From the NCBI GenBank assembly GCA_965644295.1, contig CBFFRP010000298.1:558001-622000 (forward strand): 64,000 nucleotides of DNA. The letters run 5' to 3'. A program made the translations under genes and the position numbers. The notes under the pieces were generated by a model. It ran no database searches. It saw only the letters and a list, made by a program, of their open reading frames with translations, and had not been told where the DNA came from. Positions within the stretch are counted from its first letter, which is position 1, and the number at the start of each line of letters is the position of its first letter. Below, piece after piece: positions 13,022 to 26,119 of the stretch. Origin of the DNA: Paraphysomonas bandaiensis (Eukaryota > Protista > Chrysophyceae).

Positions 13022-13394
13022 ATTATGTAAAATATGGATAAGTCAATGTACAGAACACCTTTATAAATTTATACTTATTTTATTTCTTAAAGAGGTCAAC
13101 TCCTACTGGCTCTCAATAATTGATGGTTGACCACAGACCACAGTGCCTGACTGGTGCCTAGTTTTGGTACATGACATGTTGTACTACTTGAAATTTGCTG
13201 CTCATATTATTCACCTGTACTAGTTCCTACATTCTACACTGTACGCATATTCTTGCTTATCGTCCTTTATATAGTATTGCACCATCAACACCAATTACTC
13301 CTTCCTTCGCCCATAGGTATAAAAACACAGACTTTACATCAAAGAAAACTAAAGAAGCACAAATCAGGAGAGAATATATGGTCACTGAATATTA

Positions 13395-13962
13395 CAGGGC
13401 TCCGTAGGAATATATTGATTTGCAATATATTGTAAAGTAAATTGATTGGTCGACCGGCCAAAAATTCCATCAATATAGTTACTGTTAAAGCAGCTCACAA
13501 AACATTGCAATCGATGTAGAATGTAGTTCCAATTCATGTGAACGCATGTTCAGCGCAGCGAAACTTATTATATCAGTGTTTCTGTATGTATCCTATTACA
13601 CTTAATATGATGTGTTTCTGAAATGTAGTCGATGGGTGGATAATTGCATATTTTCAATTTATTTGAAGGAATATAGTGGTGTTTACGTCACCGATGATGG
13701 TTTAGAGGGTGAGTATGAGGTAAATTGTGATAGTTAAGCAGTAGCTAGAGTCTTTTCTTGGCAGTGTAGTGGGTTTGGTTATCATATGATCGTTATGACT
13801 AGTACTAAAAACGGATTCTATGGTTGTACTTTTCTACTGAGTAATGATACTAATATATCAATATATTGCAATAGTATTGTTGGTTCGGTTAAAGAGCTCT
13901 ATCAGTTGTATTGAGGAACGTTATCTAACAATAGTATAGCAATATATTGTTCTCTAGTCCTG
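13395..13962 (+). mobile_element. hAT transposon relic
   Basis: SSNSCERMFSAAKLII near 13525-13572 matches the hAT C-terminal dimerisation motif. Imperfect CAGG...AATATATTG ends with subterminal CAATATATTG repeats; no TSD seen. Confidence 0.55.
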
Positions 13963-14519
13963 ATATATCCTCATCTGTTCCCAGTTGAAAACATCCGTAC
14001 ACGACTGAGGCACATGTCATAGGCAATTTGTTTTTCTAGATATAAGTCAGGAATGATTTGTCTATATAACCAGTCAATTGATGTGGATCTGTATCCTAAT
14101 ACGAGTAGTAGCTATTGCAGTACATCCAATAGAGGGGTTTTGGGAATGTCCTTGTTACAGATATACCGCCGTTTCTATACAATAAATATGGGACCACATC
14201 TGCATAAAAACTGGTACTTTTCCGCTAAATATCTCCTATATTGCTGTATCATATACACCATATACGTTGATTCTACACATAGCTTCCAAGAATTTGCTGT
14301 AAAATACTGACACAACGACTACATCATACTCTCTCCCTGTACGTGTAGCTAACATATACATAGTCCCCAGTATACTATTATACGTATACAGTATACAGTA
14401 TATAGAGACATACCACTTGTGCGTGTACAACTGATACGATGTCTAGATGTGTGTGTCATGTCTGTATATTTAAAAGCATAACACTATCTTGAACTAGAAT
14501 AATAGAAGTATATATTAAA

Positions 14520-15920
14520 ATGCAAAGTGAAGAATATAATGAAGAAGGAGATGAATTCAGTAACTCATTCTGTGAGGATGATGGTGATTCCATGTCCTCT
14601 GATGACAGTAGTGAGGAGGATGAGAACGTAACCCCTGCTGATCAAGATAAAACTAACAAATATGATAATCAGTTGTCGAAAACTGCAATTAAAATGGGTG
14701 GAATGAGTTTGAGTTATGGTGAAGCGAAATTATACGGCCTTATTGACGAAGAGGGTAATATAAAGTCGAAAGTATTTCACAAAAAAACGAAACGTGACCC
14801 CAAACAAGTCGAACAACATATCGCCCAGCTTGCTACAACCAAACCAGTTACAACTACAGTTACTCCAGAAGATACAGAAGACTGTACTTTTAAACCGCAG
14901 AAGTCGAAGCAAGCGGAAAGGGCGATGAAAAATCCTAGATGTGGCTATGATTTCGTATCTCGACTTGGTGAAGCTGGTAATTTTATGGACAGGTGAGCGA
15001 GTTGTCGTCAATGCATGCCGTCATAATATTCAAGTACTATTGAAGGACTTTTAACAGGAATGATGGCGAGAAAACCCAAAAGCATATATTAAATTCTTTG
15101 AAAGAAGACTACGATGCACGACTCGATAAACTTCAATGCCCCAAATGTAGGAAGTTTCAATCCTTCGATGAATATATGGAACGTCGACGATATTGTGGAG
15201 GTTGCCAAGAGCGTTACACAAAACTTCATGTTAGTAAAGGGAAAACGTGGGAGCTAAAGCAAGCAGAAAACGAGAAGAAAAAAGCTGAAAGGCTAGCTAA
15301 AATTGAAAGTGAACTGTATGGTGACTGTTCCTTCAAGCCGAAAACTCAAGGAAGGTTATTATTCCGATGTTGTATGTATATTTTGTGAATTTGCATCTTT
15401 AGTCCCAGGCGGCATGGAACTTCTAATAAATCAGTGCAATTATCTCTTCATGAAAGGTTGGGTTGGATCTCAGCCGTTTGGATTTTGCACTAATATTGAA
15501 CGCCGTGTAGAACGAAAAGGTTGCTGGAATCGCAAAGGCGAGAAGCTGAAGAGCGTCGTAAGAAGGAGAAAGAGGAAGAAGAGCTTAAAAAGATTAAGGA
15601 ACGCGAAGCTGTGTATGCTGCCCAGAAGCGTGCGAAAGAGAACCATGATAGGAGTACTGCCCCTGCTCAATCGAGACGCCAAGGTATTTTCTCAATATTA
15701 TTTTTCGATTAAATTACATATTGATATAGAGAAAAGTAACTTATCTTCGAAAAGAAAAGACCAGAAAGCATCTACTCGTGGCTTAGGTAATTCGCGAGAA
15801 GGTCATAGTAAAAGAGTTAAGGAAAAACAACGGAAGCAAGAAGTAGCATACAACAAAACTGTCGGGAATGTTTCTGACAAATTTAATCAGCTCCTTGTCG
15901 AATTTGACGAGACAGTGTAA
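14520..15920 (+). CDS. Multi-exon hypothetical protein: acidic N-terminus, DCTFKP/DCSFKP motifs, CxxC...CxxC, coiled coil
   Basis: ORFs 14520-14996, 15098-15388 and 15521-15712 plus a last exon, separated by short intron-like GT-AG gaps. Confidence 0.75.
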
Positions 15921-16142
15921 ATTTAATTATAGCAGGTCATAAAGCACTATTATCTGGCATTTTACGGAATCGTGCAATACTTAAGAGAATTATGTAGTAA
16001 CCTTTTGGCAGTACGGCAGGACCAGAAGTAATGTTGTGCCTGATTGGAGTGTCACCCTAGTGAGGATGTATGTCGTAACCATAGTTCTAGTTGAGACCAG
16101 TTGTAGTATCTGAATTTATTGGATTACCTCATGACTAGGCTG

Positions 16143-16205
16143 AAATGATGTTTATTCTATTCTGCTATAAGCATGGAATGATCTTTATTCTATTCTGCTA
16201 TAAGG
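16143..16205. repeat. About 33-bp tandem duplication immediately upstream of SINE-like copy A
   Basis: AATGAT(G/C)TTTATTCTATTCTGCTATAAG occurs twice. Confidence 0.8.
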
Positions 16206-16214
16206 CATATGCCG

Positions 16215-16720
16215 CCCTCAACAAAATCGGACTCGCACCTTTTCGTGGTGTTCTGGGGGATAAGTACCGGAGTTATTTCTCTGGGAAACTAACGTGAGCC
16301 GCAAACATAGTCAGCAGATATTCTTCTGCCCACTCATAGCTGAATGCTTGTGTGGTACAAGGGACACCAATAAGTGTCACTTGTGTAGACGTCTTTTTGG
16401 GCCCTGACGAATAAACAGGCATCCGGGAATGGGTCCACCTCAAGGGCATCCGGGACAGGGCCCACCTGAAGGGTAACCGGGGTATTGGGCTGCCTGCTAA
16501 AGTCAAGCATCCAGGATGCTTACCTTAAGAACTCAGAGCGGAAGTGTCGCACCTTGGTGCTTGCGGCGACGCACAAGCAGCTTCCGTAGCGTTAAATAGT
16601 AGGATAAAAAAATGTGTACTGATTAGTTACAGGTAGAGGTCTAACTAGTTTGTCTAGCATTCATCTAGCTACTAAGTTGGTGCAGGTTTTTAACGCCTAT
16701 TGCTAATAATAAGACTTTCA
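16215..16720 (+). mobile_element. SINE-like / internally deleted retroelement, full copy A
   Basis: Head CCCTCAACAAA..CGGACTCGCACCTTTTCGTGGTGTTCTGGGGG and tail GCACCTTGGTGCTTGCGGCGACGCACAAGCAGC...AACGCCTATTGCTAATAATAAG, shared with other copies in the window. Confidence 0.8.
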
Positions 16721-16905
16721 ATATGGCATATGCCGAGTTCAAACTAATTCACTTCTAAAGGAAGAATATTGTGAGTTATAATTTAAGCTAAAATATATAC
16801 AACAAATGTAAACTCGAAGTGGTTGCGCTACATGGGGCTTAAAAATGACATGTATTTTTTTTAAATAATTGCTCTATCAAACACTTTATATCACAAGGTT
16901 AATAT

Positions 16906-18389
16906 TTACAGTGTAACCGTTGTATTGGGCACTGATTTACTTTGCTCGTTCACTTCGAACTTCAGCAACGGTATGAATGCACCACGAGACAACAAAGCCT
17001 TCCGCTCAAGCAAGAGCGCTCTTTGCAAGGTCTCTTCCTCATTAACAACAGCTATCATCGCCTCAATATCCGATACTCGAGATTCCTCCCCAAATACAGC
17101 GCTTCCTTCTACCCCACCCACTCGAAGGGGTTCGCGAGGTGTGTCCTCTACGCCCTGAGGAGGCCTTGACACTGTCTTGGATCCCTGTGGTGGTTCTGTA
17201 CCCATTCCTTGAGCATGTGATGAAAGCTGCTGGGAGAATGACAACAGATGCTGAGATCCATAAGTTGCACCCGTCTCCGCAGAAGAATGAAATACTACTC
17301 CTACTAAGTCAGAAGACTCAATACCTAGAGAGTCCAAAATCCTCTCAATAGAATCCGATTTGAGTAAGTCCATATCTGTTGCCACCTTACGAAGATAATT
17401 TTGGTTCATATACCTACAATTACAACGGCGTTAAAACGAATCGAAATCTGAAAAGTAAATACTGGTATGACAATATCAGCAAATTTAAACATAAATAAGT
17501 ATTCAGATCAGGGATCGTACACAAAAGGGTGGGGGCGCCACATTTCTTTTCGCCAAAGCTGTATTGCTTTGACAACATCCACCGTGGCATCTCGTAGATT
17601 ATGCAAACTCTTTCTCAGTTCCTCGGCCATCTCTTTATGTCTATCTGTTCCCTGTCCCGCACTGACTTTTCGCGCAACCTCTTCACTAGCCGACATGAAT
17701 TTCATGCTACTGCTGCGCCGGGCAGAGGCAATTAGTTCTGTGCATTGAATTACACAGGATTCTCGGTGTTCAATAAATCGCAGCACAGCAATGGTGCTAC
17801 GGCGGTGGTCCTTTAGGCGGCGCACATAGCACGCTAATTCATCAATCTGTTCTGTCGTTTTATATGGACCTTGCAATAATGAGTAAGAATAAAAATCACG
17901 GTCACAGTCTGGGACATGTAACTCTTTCCACAAGCTGAGAGTTCGTTTGACAAGCTTCTTGAAGAGCTTGGGGTAATTAATCTGATTATCTGCTTGTGTG
18001 CTGTGCTCAGGTCTGGGTGCTTGTGGGCTACGAGATGTAGCCGTGCCGGTGAGATCAAAATCCAAGTCCTCTCCTTGTACATGTTCGCTAAAAAATTGTC
18101 GCCAAGTTTTTTGTTGTAATAACTTTAAAGTTGGTTCAGTTTGCAAATAATTCAAATTATCATACACTGAACGGCCGATATCACGAGACTCTTCACCAGC
18201 AGCTCTGTGAATCTTTTTCAAGACTTTATAGGCCACTTCAGCTGCAGAAGGTGTCTTTCTAACGGCCCCGTATATGTTTTTCCTACTGGTGCTTACAGGA
18301 GGAGATGAGAGGGCAAAGTTAGCTGATTTGGGTCGTTTAAGAGTTGATTGATAGGAGTTAAACACTTCCCTATCTGGTGCGAAGGCCAT
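16906..18389 (-). CDS. Hypothetical protein, 2 exons, with a conserved-looking W..PHPFVY..NYLRKVATDMDLL block
   Basis: ORFs 17508-18413 and 16906-17409 joined by an intron of about 100 nt; probable start MAFAPDRE. Confidence 0.75.
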
Positions 18390-19654
18390 TTCTACAATTG
18401 AGATATATATCACAGGAGATAGGCTGAATATTGATCTATGTCCTCGCTGTTACATGTGCAGTGGTTATGTACACAAGGCATAGCATACGAGACATGGCAA
18501 GTGCTATACTTCTTACAGTATACACATATACAGAGTACACTGTGTATCATATACGGCCATATCTTACCACAACAAAAAAAAAAAAAGAAATGAGATGAGT
18601 ATGAAACTGTCATGCATGTACTCCACTGCTGTATACAATAGGAATACATATCCGTATACCCGTACACCATACAATGTCAGAAGTGCATAACACCATGCAT
18701 CTATGCATCACATGGATATCGGTGACAGAAGTCAAGGACGGACAAAGATCTTATAGTAGTGTGTATATGGTTTGGGGAGTCAGCTAATAGGAATCTAGTT
18801 ATGGCTCTCATCTAATACTGCTCTGTGTATCGTGTTTAGTGGTTCTAGCTACAGTCAGGTAACTGTTCAGTGGATTTAATAATGATGTGGCTTCGGTTGC
18901 AGTCCGAGGATGTGTATATCATCTACTGTAGATGTGTTCTTTGATTTGCCTTCAAGCGTGTCGATAGCTTATTCTAATTTATTTGGAAAGTTGTATATGA
19001 CAACTGTAAAAATACACAGAAGTAATGCAATAGTAACATTGTCGACAACACGTGATTATCTCATAACAATACTAAGTAAAAAAATTAAGAAGTTTATATG
19101 TGAAACAAGTTAACGTCATAAAGGCAAGAAATTTAGATGTTTTGTAAATTAGAAGTTGTATTTTACGGTTTCGAATTATTACCTTAATTTTGAATAATAT
19201 ATTGTTGTATGAAAATTAATGATAGGCTATGAGATAGTTTAGAGTTTAGACAAGCTAGAATATAGAATATAATCATGCCATGAGAAGTTGTGATAACATT
19301 GATTCACAGTTGAGATGATATATTTAAATTTAGTGAGACATACTATCTATGGTAGATTCTATGTAGGATGTCAGAATAGTTATGATTATGGTGTATACAG
19401 TATACTACAACCATGGGCCATAAGGTAATATCACCCCGCAGTCGAAATCTTACTACAGATTTTAAAACATTGAACAAGGGCATACTATTTAATCCGCAGT
19501 TAAATCGTAGCTTTTTCCTATGGCAAAGTAATCTTTAGTGAAGTATTTTATCTAATAGTTAGATATATTTGACCATGGGTTACAAGGAGACTTAGAATAT
19601 TGAAACGAGGGAAGAATCATAAGCTCTTATAACTTGGGCAAGAGAGGATACTCA

Positions 19655-19900
19655 CTCCATTTTAATAATAGCTATAACGAATGTACCCCTGAAGAATATT
19701 ATTAAGATTCACTGATTCACATAGCTAAATTGTAGCTTATCCTCATGATCTCGATATTATATAGAATGCATATATATTTACTTGCTTACTCATAGACGAA
19801 ATATATTTAACGGAATGGGTATTGTATTAAAATTTACTCCGTTTTAATAATAGCTATAACGAATGTACCACTGAAGAATATTATTAAGATTCACTGATTC
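19655..19900. repeat. About 65-bp direct repeat pair
   Basis: CTCC(A/G)TTTTAATAATAGCTATAACGAATGTACC(C/A)CTGAAGAATATTATTAAGATTCACTGATTC at about 19655 and 19837. Confidence 0.85.
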
Positions 19901-20085
19901 TATATACCCCTGAACATATATTACACACGTAAATTCAATAAGATACAATGAAATATCAATTGATTGAATTATTATCAGACTAAATAAGATACGTGAAATA
20001 ATATCAGTCTGCAACCATGTCTTGCTGTTATACTATCAGGCTTTATTCTTTTATGTAAAGTCTTGAGCTAATTATGTAGTCATAT

Positions 20086-20351
20086 TTGGGCCCTGTCAAA
20101 TAAACAGGCATCCGCGTCTTTAAAAAATCCTGAAGTCAGCAGATGTCAGGTATATCAACATTCTGCGTTCTCATTGCGTTTGCTTTGAGTGATAGAGCAA
20201 AAGTGGTTGCATCTTGTGCTTGAAGTGACGCACAAGCAGCTTTCGTAGCGCCAACTAGTAGGATATCAGAGATTAGCACTAGTTAGTTAAATTGTTTTGC
20301 TAAATAAGTTCTGACTCTTAAACGCCAACTACTAATAATAAGATATTCACT
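20086..20351 (+). mobile_element. 5'-truncated SINE-like copy B
   Basis: GGGCCCTG..AATAAACAGGCATCCG through GACGCACAAGCAGC to CTAATAATAAGATATTCACT; middle segment closest to copy F. Confidence 0.75.
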
Positions 20352-20400
20352 GTTATTTCAACCAACAATAAATCTTAATTACTAATACTTGTACAGAATA

Positions 20401-20686
20401 CGTCACAACAAAATCCTGCAGAGCCCTAAGCCAAGGGCACCCCCTGACTAAACCCATTTGCAATCCAAGGACTTACGTCCATAGAGATCTTCTCCCGTAC
20501 ATAAAATAACGTAAGTGGTCGCACCTTGGTGCTTGCGGCGACGCACAAGCAGCTTCCGTAGCGTTACTTAGTATGATATGAGAATTTGTACTAGTTGGTT
20601 ACAGGTAGAAGTTTATCTAGCGTGACTTGTTGTCATCAAGCTACTTAACTGGAGCGAATTTTTGACGCCTACTGCTAATAATAAAA
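20401..20686 (+). mobile_element. Short LINE 3'-end fragment (copy C)
   Basis: GCAGAGCCCTAAGCCAAGGGCACCCCCTGACTAA is a decayed AEPYPKGRPPD-stop, matching the ORF end at about 50200-50236, followed by the family tail. Confidence 0.7.
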
Positions 20687-22399
20687 ATTATTAGGATTCA
20701 GCTTAATACATGACAGTATCTGTGAGTTATAATGTTCAATGAAATATATCATGAACTGAATTAGAGAGAGTATCTGTTGAAGATACATAATCGTCATTAT
20801 CAGTTACACTTCTAACTATTCCGTTGTGCATGATAGTTATGTTCTATATTGTTATTCATAATTCTCACTCTACTGTGTACATCACTTTACACTCTAATAA
20901 TCATAATCATAACATTGTTTTTACTATTACAAAGATTTATTCTTTATTTGAATTTGATACAGAAATGTGATGAATAGGAACAATTGTTGTCATTTAGCAT
21001 CATAAACAAGCTGAAGACCTGCTAGTTTATACTAAAGATAAGATGATTTCTTTCTTAAATCCGAAATTGTGATTTCATGTCTACATTTTCCAGGTGATAA
21101 AAGTGTTCTACTAGGCCAAAAATACAAGTTACGAACAGGGATAAGTTGATATTACCATTATAGCAATAAAAGATTCTACAGTGCAATGGAAAAGGATTCT
21201 ACAGTAAATTAAATTTCACCCTTCACTCGACTATTCTCCATCTAAGCAAGATAATTATACAGATTGTAGACACAATAGGACAATATATGGACGCTATCAA
21301 CTAAGTCGCAGTTGATATAGAAACCACACTACAAAATATTATGACTCCTCCATACTGGCTTCTTTCTCTTTCTTGTTTCGAGAGAAGAGCTCATTTAAGT
21401 ACAATCGATTGCGCAGATCCTCGTCAATACGGTCGTCGTTCATCATAATCGCCTCGAATTCATCCGAGCATTCATTATCTGGAGTACTGGTGCAATTGCT
21501 GTCCATTTGAGAGTCCGACGAATTATTTTCATTTCTATCTTCAACTGCATTGGAGCTATCGTAGGTTTCGCTGGACTAAAATACAACATATAAGCAACAT
21601 GTCATGTGACATACGCATAATAATAACATACATTAGCGCCTGATGTGTCTCCCTCATCCTCATACTTCATCCCCTCCTTCATGCCATCAATATCATTATT
21701 TTCAGACCAGGAGCACACCATCTCTTCTCCATCCTTGCCCATATGATAGTTACCTTTCTTGACATGTTTATTTAAATCAAGTTTTCTTTTACTAACAAGC
21801 ACAGACTCTTTCGTGGCATGCTTACCACTTCCACCCTCTGAATTTGGTTCACAATACATGTGAAATAAACAATACACACCGAGTATCAAAGTCTAATGCA
21901 TATACCCAACAGAGTTAGTGTATTGTCATCTAGTTTGACAACAAGGAGTTTAAGACTTCTATTACACTGATAGCTAGCTAGCACTCCGCCCGTATATATG
22001 CATAGAGAGAGTATGTATATCATATGTACAATAAAAAAATAAGTTCAAGGGAAGAGATGGCTAAAAGTGTGGGAAATGTCACCCATATGTACCTTTACAC
22101 CATCTTGGGTGCTGTCCGTTCAAGATACAATACCTTCCCAACAGAATCCCATAGTGTGTGCTGCTGGTGATGTACTACTTATCCTTCTGGACTTCTTAAA
22201 CTTCTACAGCGTATAATAACGGTAGGTACAGTATATCCTACTTCGTATCGGCAATGAGTATCTTAGTTTTCGGAAATAAATTGAAGCAAATATCATCTCC
22301 ATTACTGTACTACAACTACGGCTGAAATACACATAATTGTTGTCTCAATATTAGAGGCATATTTGAACAGAAATATACAAAAAGGATGCCGATACGGTC

Positions 22400-22920
22400 T
22401 TGTCTATTCTCCATACGGTTTACCTCAATAATCTGGCTATAAAAGACACATTAAAAGATATGAACAATTACGCTGCAATGGAGAACTCGAATAGCAGTAT
22501 GAGAGAGTATGTAGAGAATATCAGAAGGAAAGTTATGAGTGACATACTGAACCGCGTAATTCATGCAATTGTGGATGATATTATTGAGACGGAGTGTAAT
22601 CCTGTAGATGTCAAGAAGAGACGCATAAATAGGCCCAAAGTTGACTTAGACAGAACGGATTGGGGTAGAATGTGGAACTCCCCTGATGTTGTAGATTCCA
22701 GTTCATTCACAGGGAAGAAATTCAGACTTCGATTTCGTATACCATACGCATTCTTCAAGGAGAAACTACTCCTTGTGTAAAGCGGGTATCTTCAATACAT
22801 AGCAAGAATCCTATATTCCAATTCATTTCCAGTTCATGGTTGTTCATTGCATGCATGGACGGGATACAGATACTGTTGAGATACTTAGTGAAGTCCCAAT
22901 GACAACTGTGAACACCACAA
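22400..22920 (+). pseudogene. PIF/Harbinger-type transposase relic (N-terminal part)
   Basis: TDWGRMW...SFTGKKFRLRFRIPYAFF resembles the FRRRFR.PY motif of PIF/Harbinger-type transposases; downstream sequence is decayed. Confidence 0.6.
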
Positions 22921-23419
22921 AAGGAGAATACTACACCTGAGTTAATTGTATGGCAAGGAGAATGATAAAACGATTACCGTGGATGATGAAGAGACGTATA
23001 TTTCTGTGCAAGATTTACAACGAGAATGGTATGTATGCCGATGACTGTGTCAGGCCTTTTCTGTCCTCAACCGCAGATGGTATCAAGTTAGAAATATTCA
23101 GAGGTGATTTATTAAGTGAATATCAACTTGCAGAATGAGAAGAGCGAACACAGGTAGAAATTTCTTAAGCACGTCGGCTGGTTGTGACACTCTTAACATT
23201 TGCAGAATGCTAATTGAGTGGTAGTAGAGTTTTCCTCCTTACGAAGTCGTATACTGCAATAGGAATTGCTTATTCCGTATCAACATATTTTGATGGAAAG
23301 TAATAAATAGACTTTATTCATTAGCCCTGGGACTTATGACACTCCTAGAAGGGATAACTAATTGAGTTATATATGTAGATGGCTCACGTTGCATACTAAG
23401 CGTAATAAACAACTCCTTT

Positions 23420-24230
23420 TATAGACTTTACAGGCGCTGCATATTATCCGAACTTGCCGTCTACCATACACTGGATACAAGCCATTCAGTTGCCGTTCAG
23501 GGGTGGTGTGATGCTTACATCCGCTTCTTAGCTGGCAAGAGCTCGTTCTCCTGCTGGCAATCGAAGCACATAAAATGCAAACCACTCCGATGGATATTCG
23601 GAAGGATTGAATCCTTTCTTCAATGTAGCTTCTAGTTCGCTTCTTTACTCTTGTCTTTCTCAGTCAGACACTTATCAGTTCTTCAACCTCGTTTACTGCT
23701 GGAACTCTTTGTTGAATGGGAATTCCACCAGCATCATTTCATGCCTGAATTCCCTCATTGCCTCCAGTCTCAGCTGTCTATACATCTACACAATGTTATC
23801 AGCAAATACGCATCACTGAGAGCAAGATTCATTTACCTTGAGCTTCAAAGACATTGTCAACTTGTCAACAGACTCTTCCGGCAATTCATGGTCGTCAGGA
23901 CGCTCCATGGTTCTCAATATGGTGCTGCATCATCATACTCTACCGCCCGTATCATATATATATCATATAGGAAGAGATAGCACACAGAAGACGGTGTAGT
24001 GTGTTGCGTCATACATGGATTGGATAGGTTACTGTTGACTGAGTAAATATCATACATCTCCAATAGGATTCCTACTCCATCACTTCTCTTGTGCTTCCAC
24101 TTCATGATAGGAGAGTACCAGTAGCCGATAGGAGAAGAGTTCCAGTACAGTGCTTCTCATATCAGTGACTTCATCGGACAAACTTCCTTCTTACTGTAGT
24201 AAGTCAATAGTAGCTGTGGATACGAGTGGA
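23420..24230 (-). pseudogene. Decayed intron-containing coding relic, possibly the second gene of the Harbinger element
   Basis: MERPDDHELPEESVDKLTMSLKLK|intron|MYRQLRLEAMREFRHE...PSEWFAFYVLRLPAG with several in-frame stops. Confidence 0.35.
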
Positions 24231-24641
24231 TCTACTGTATCGGCTCGATTTTTATTTTCCTGAGGAGATATCGGATACCAGCTTTTTGTTACCATGAAGA
24301 TACGTACAAGTGGCTGCGTACGAAGTACCATATATAATATATAGAGAGTGTATGGATGTAGAGAGATGTTAGAGCGGCATATATAACCCTGAACAATGAA
24401 TGATCTTCCCTGACATCATATATGTAACAACGAAGCTTATCCTTCTATCTGACACTCTCTAGACTATCAGAATGGTTCCCAATCATGTGGGGATAGTGGA
24501 TACTGTTAACTCTACTCGACAACAGTCTTTGAGAGTATAGAGCGACTAGTCTCCAAATATATCATTAACACCCATGTGAGAGGATATAACTCAAGCAATG
24601 AACTCATTAAAAGTCAACAGAAGTTTGTGTTAATCGTGTTT

Positions 24642-25493
24642 ATGTCTGCTATTGAGGACTATGAGAAGACGGCCCGCATGTTCCTCCAGCAGAAGATAAC
24701 GTGTCCAACTATCGCTCTGTTTCGTGAGTGTACGAGAAGACAATTATCACATTCATATTCTACTCTACCGCGAAACTTCTATTTTGGATCGTTTCCTCTA
24801 CGAGAAAAGTATCTTGCGAACGTTTTATTGGCAAATGTAAAACGACTGGCCAAGTTGTTATATTCGTCGTTGCCTGTCACTGTAGAACCGTGTCCTGCAG
24901 ATAAGGAGTCACATGATAAAAAGCACTCCTCCAAACTTTCCCATATCGCGCTACAAGCCTTAACTCCAGCCCTCAAAACGCTGAGGCTGCCTCTAGTTAT
25001 ATGACTGAGCCTCCGTCCAAACGCTATTGCAGAATGGACCCAGAGGTACTCGTAGTTTGTATCGATGGGGGAGTTCGTAGTGTCAAGTTGCTGCATTGTA
25101 GTGAGTTGATCGCGCGGATTATATTTCCTACGAAGGAGTTTTTGGCGGTATCCATTCGGGATATATTTGCCAGTGCACCTCCAGGCTCAAAGAAACGGTC
25201 CAGTTCCCCTGAGTCTACGACAGTTATGAAAAATGGTAGTTCTGACCAATCTTCCCCACCGAGTACGGACACACTCGAGCACTTCATTTGTGCTATTGAA
25301 TGTGGAAAGAGGGAGAGAGACATCATATTGAGTTTGTGTAATATATATCCGTAGAGACTGCATTCTCTGCACAGTATCTATTTTTCCAATTCATACATCT
25401 GAAGATTGTTTTCAAGGGTATCGGGCGTATATTTCCATGGACAGCAAACTTATCATTGGGTCAGATGGTAAACCTATCGTCCCTACCGCGTTA
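24642..25493 (+). pseudogene. Frameshifted hypothetical coding sequence
   Basis: Consecutive protein-like ORFs 24576-25004 and 25001-25354 and a third frame to about 25493 overlap without clear splice sites. Confidence 0.35.
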
Positions 25494-26119
25494 GTTTTTC
25501 TTCAGTTATGATAAATTAAGGGAATCGATATATTGTATTTTCTTTCAGAAAATACCCATGTGGATAATGTTTTTGAACTTATGCTCTCTGTGTCACATGG
25601 CACAGATTGTTATCTCAAATAATTACTATATTTATTGTAGTGTTTGTATTAAGAACATGGAAGCTGTGAATGTTACAACATGATGTTAACTATGAATTTA
25701 CATTGAACCATAAAACCCTTGGATTTCAATTTGTTTTATATATAGCCGTTAGTTAGGAAAATAATAGTAAATTCCGTGGTGCATAGATCTAGTGAACTTT
25801 TATGAAGAAGGATAGGTAAAGTGAGAAACGGTGATTGTACGAGAGCTGAAAAGGGACCAACTCATACTTACGTTCTAGGAGCATTCTTGAATTTACCGCT
25901 AGTATCTGGTATGTTTATATGTTACATATACCAAAATTGATAGCTGAAACAATAATGGAAGGAATATAAACTTAAAATATATTATCTGCTAAATATAAGA
26001 TACCTACAACAACAGTGTCACAATATATAATACATCATTTTGTTTTTTTCCCTACTATACTACTTCACTAAGAACTCTGTCTCACAACTCAATTTTACAT
26101 ATTTCGTCAATATGGCAGC

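Noticed and set aside
16285-16412. Hammerhead ribozyme (GAAAC..GTC and CTGACGA) in the SINE-like element
   Set aside because: CTGACGA is not conserved across copies and is not positioned to close stems I and II.
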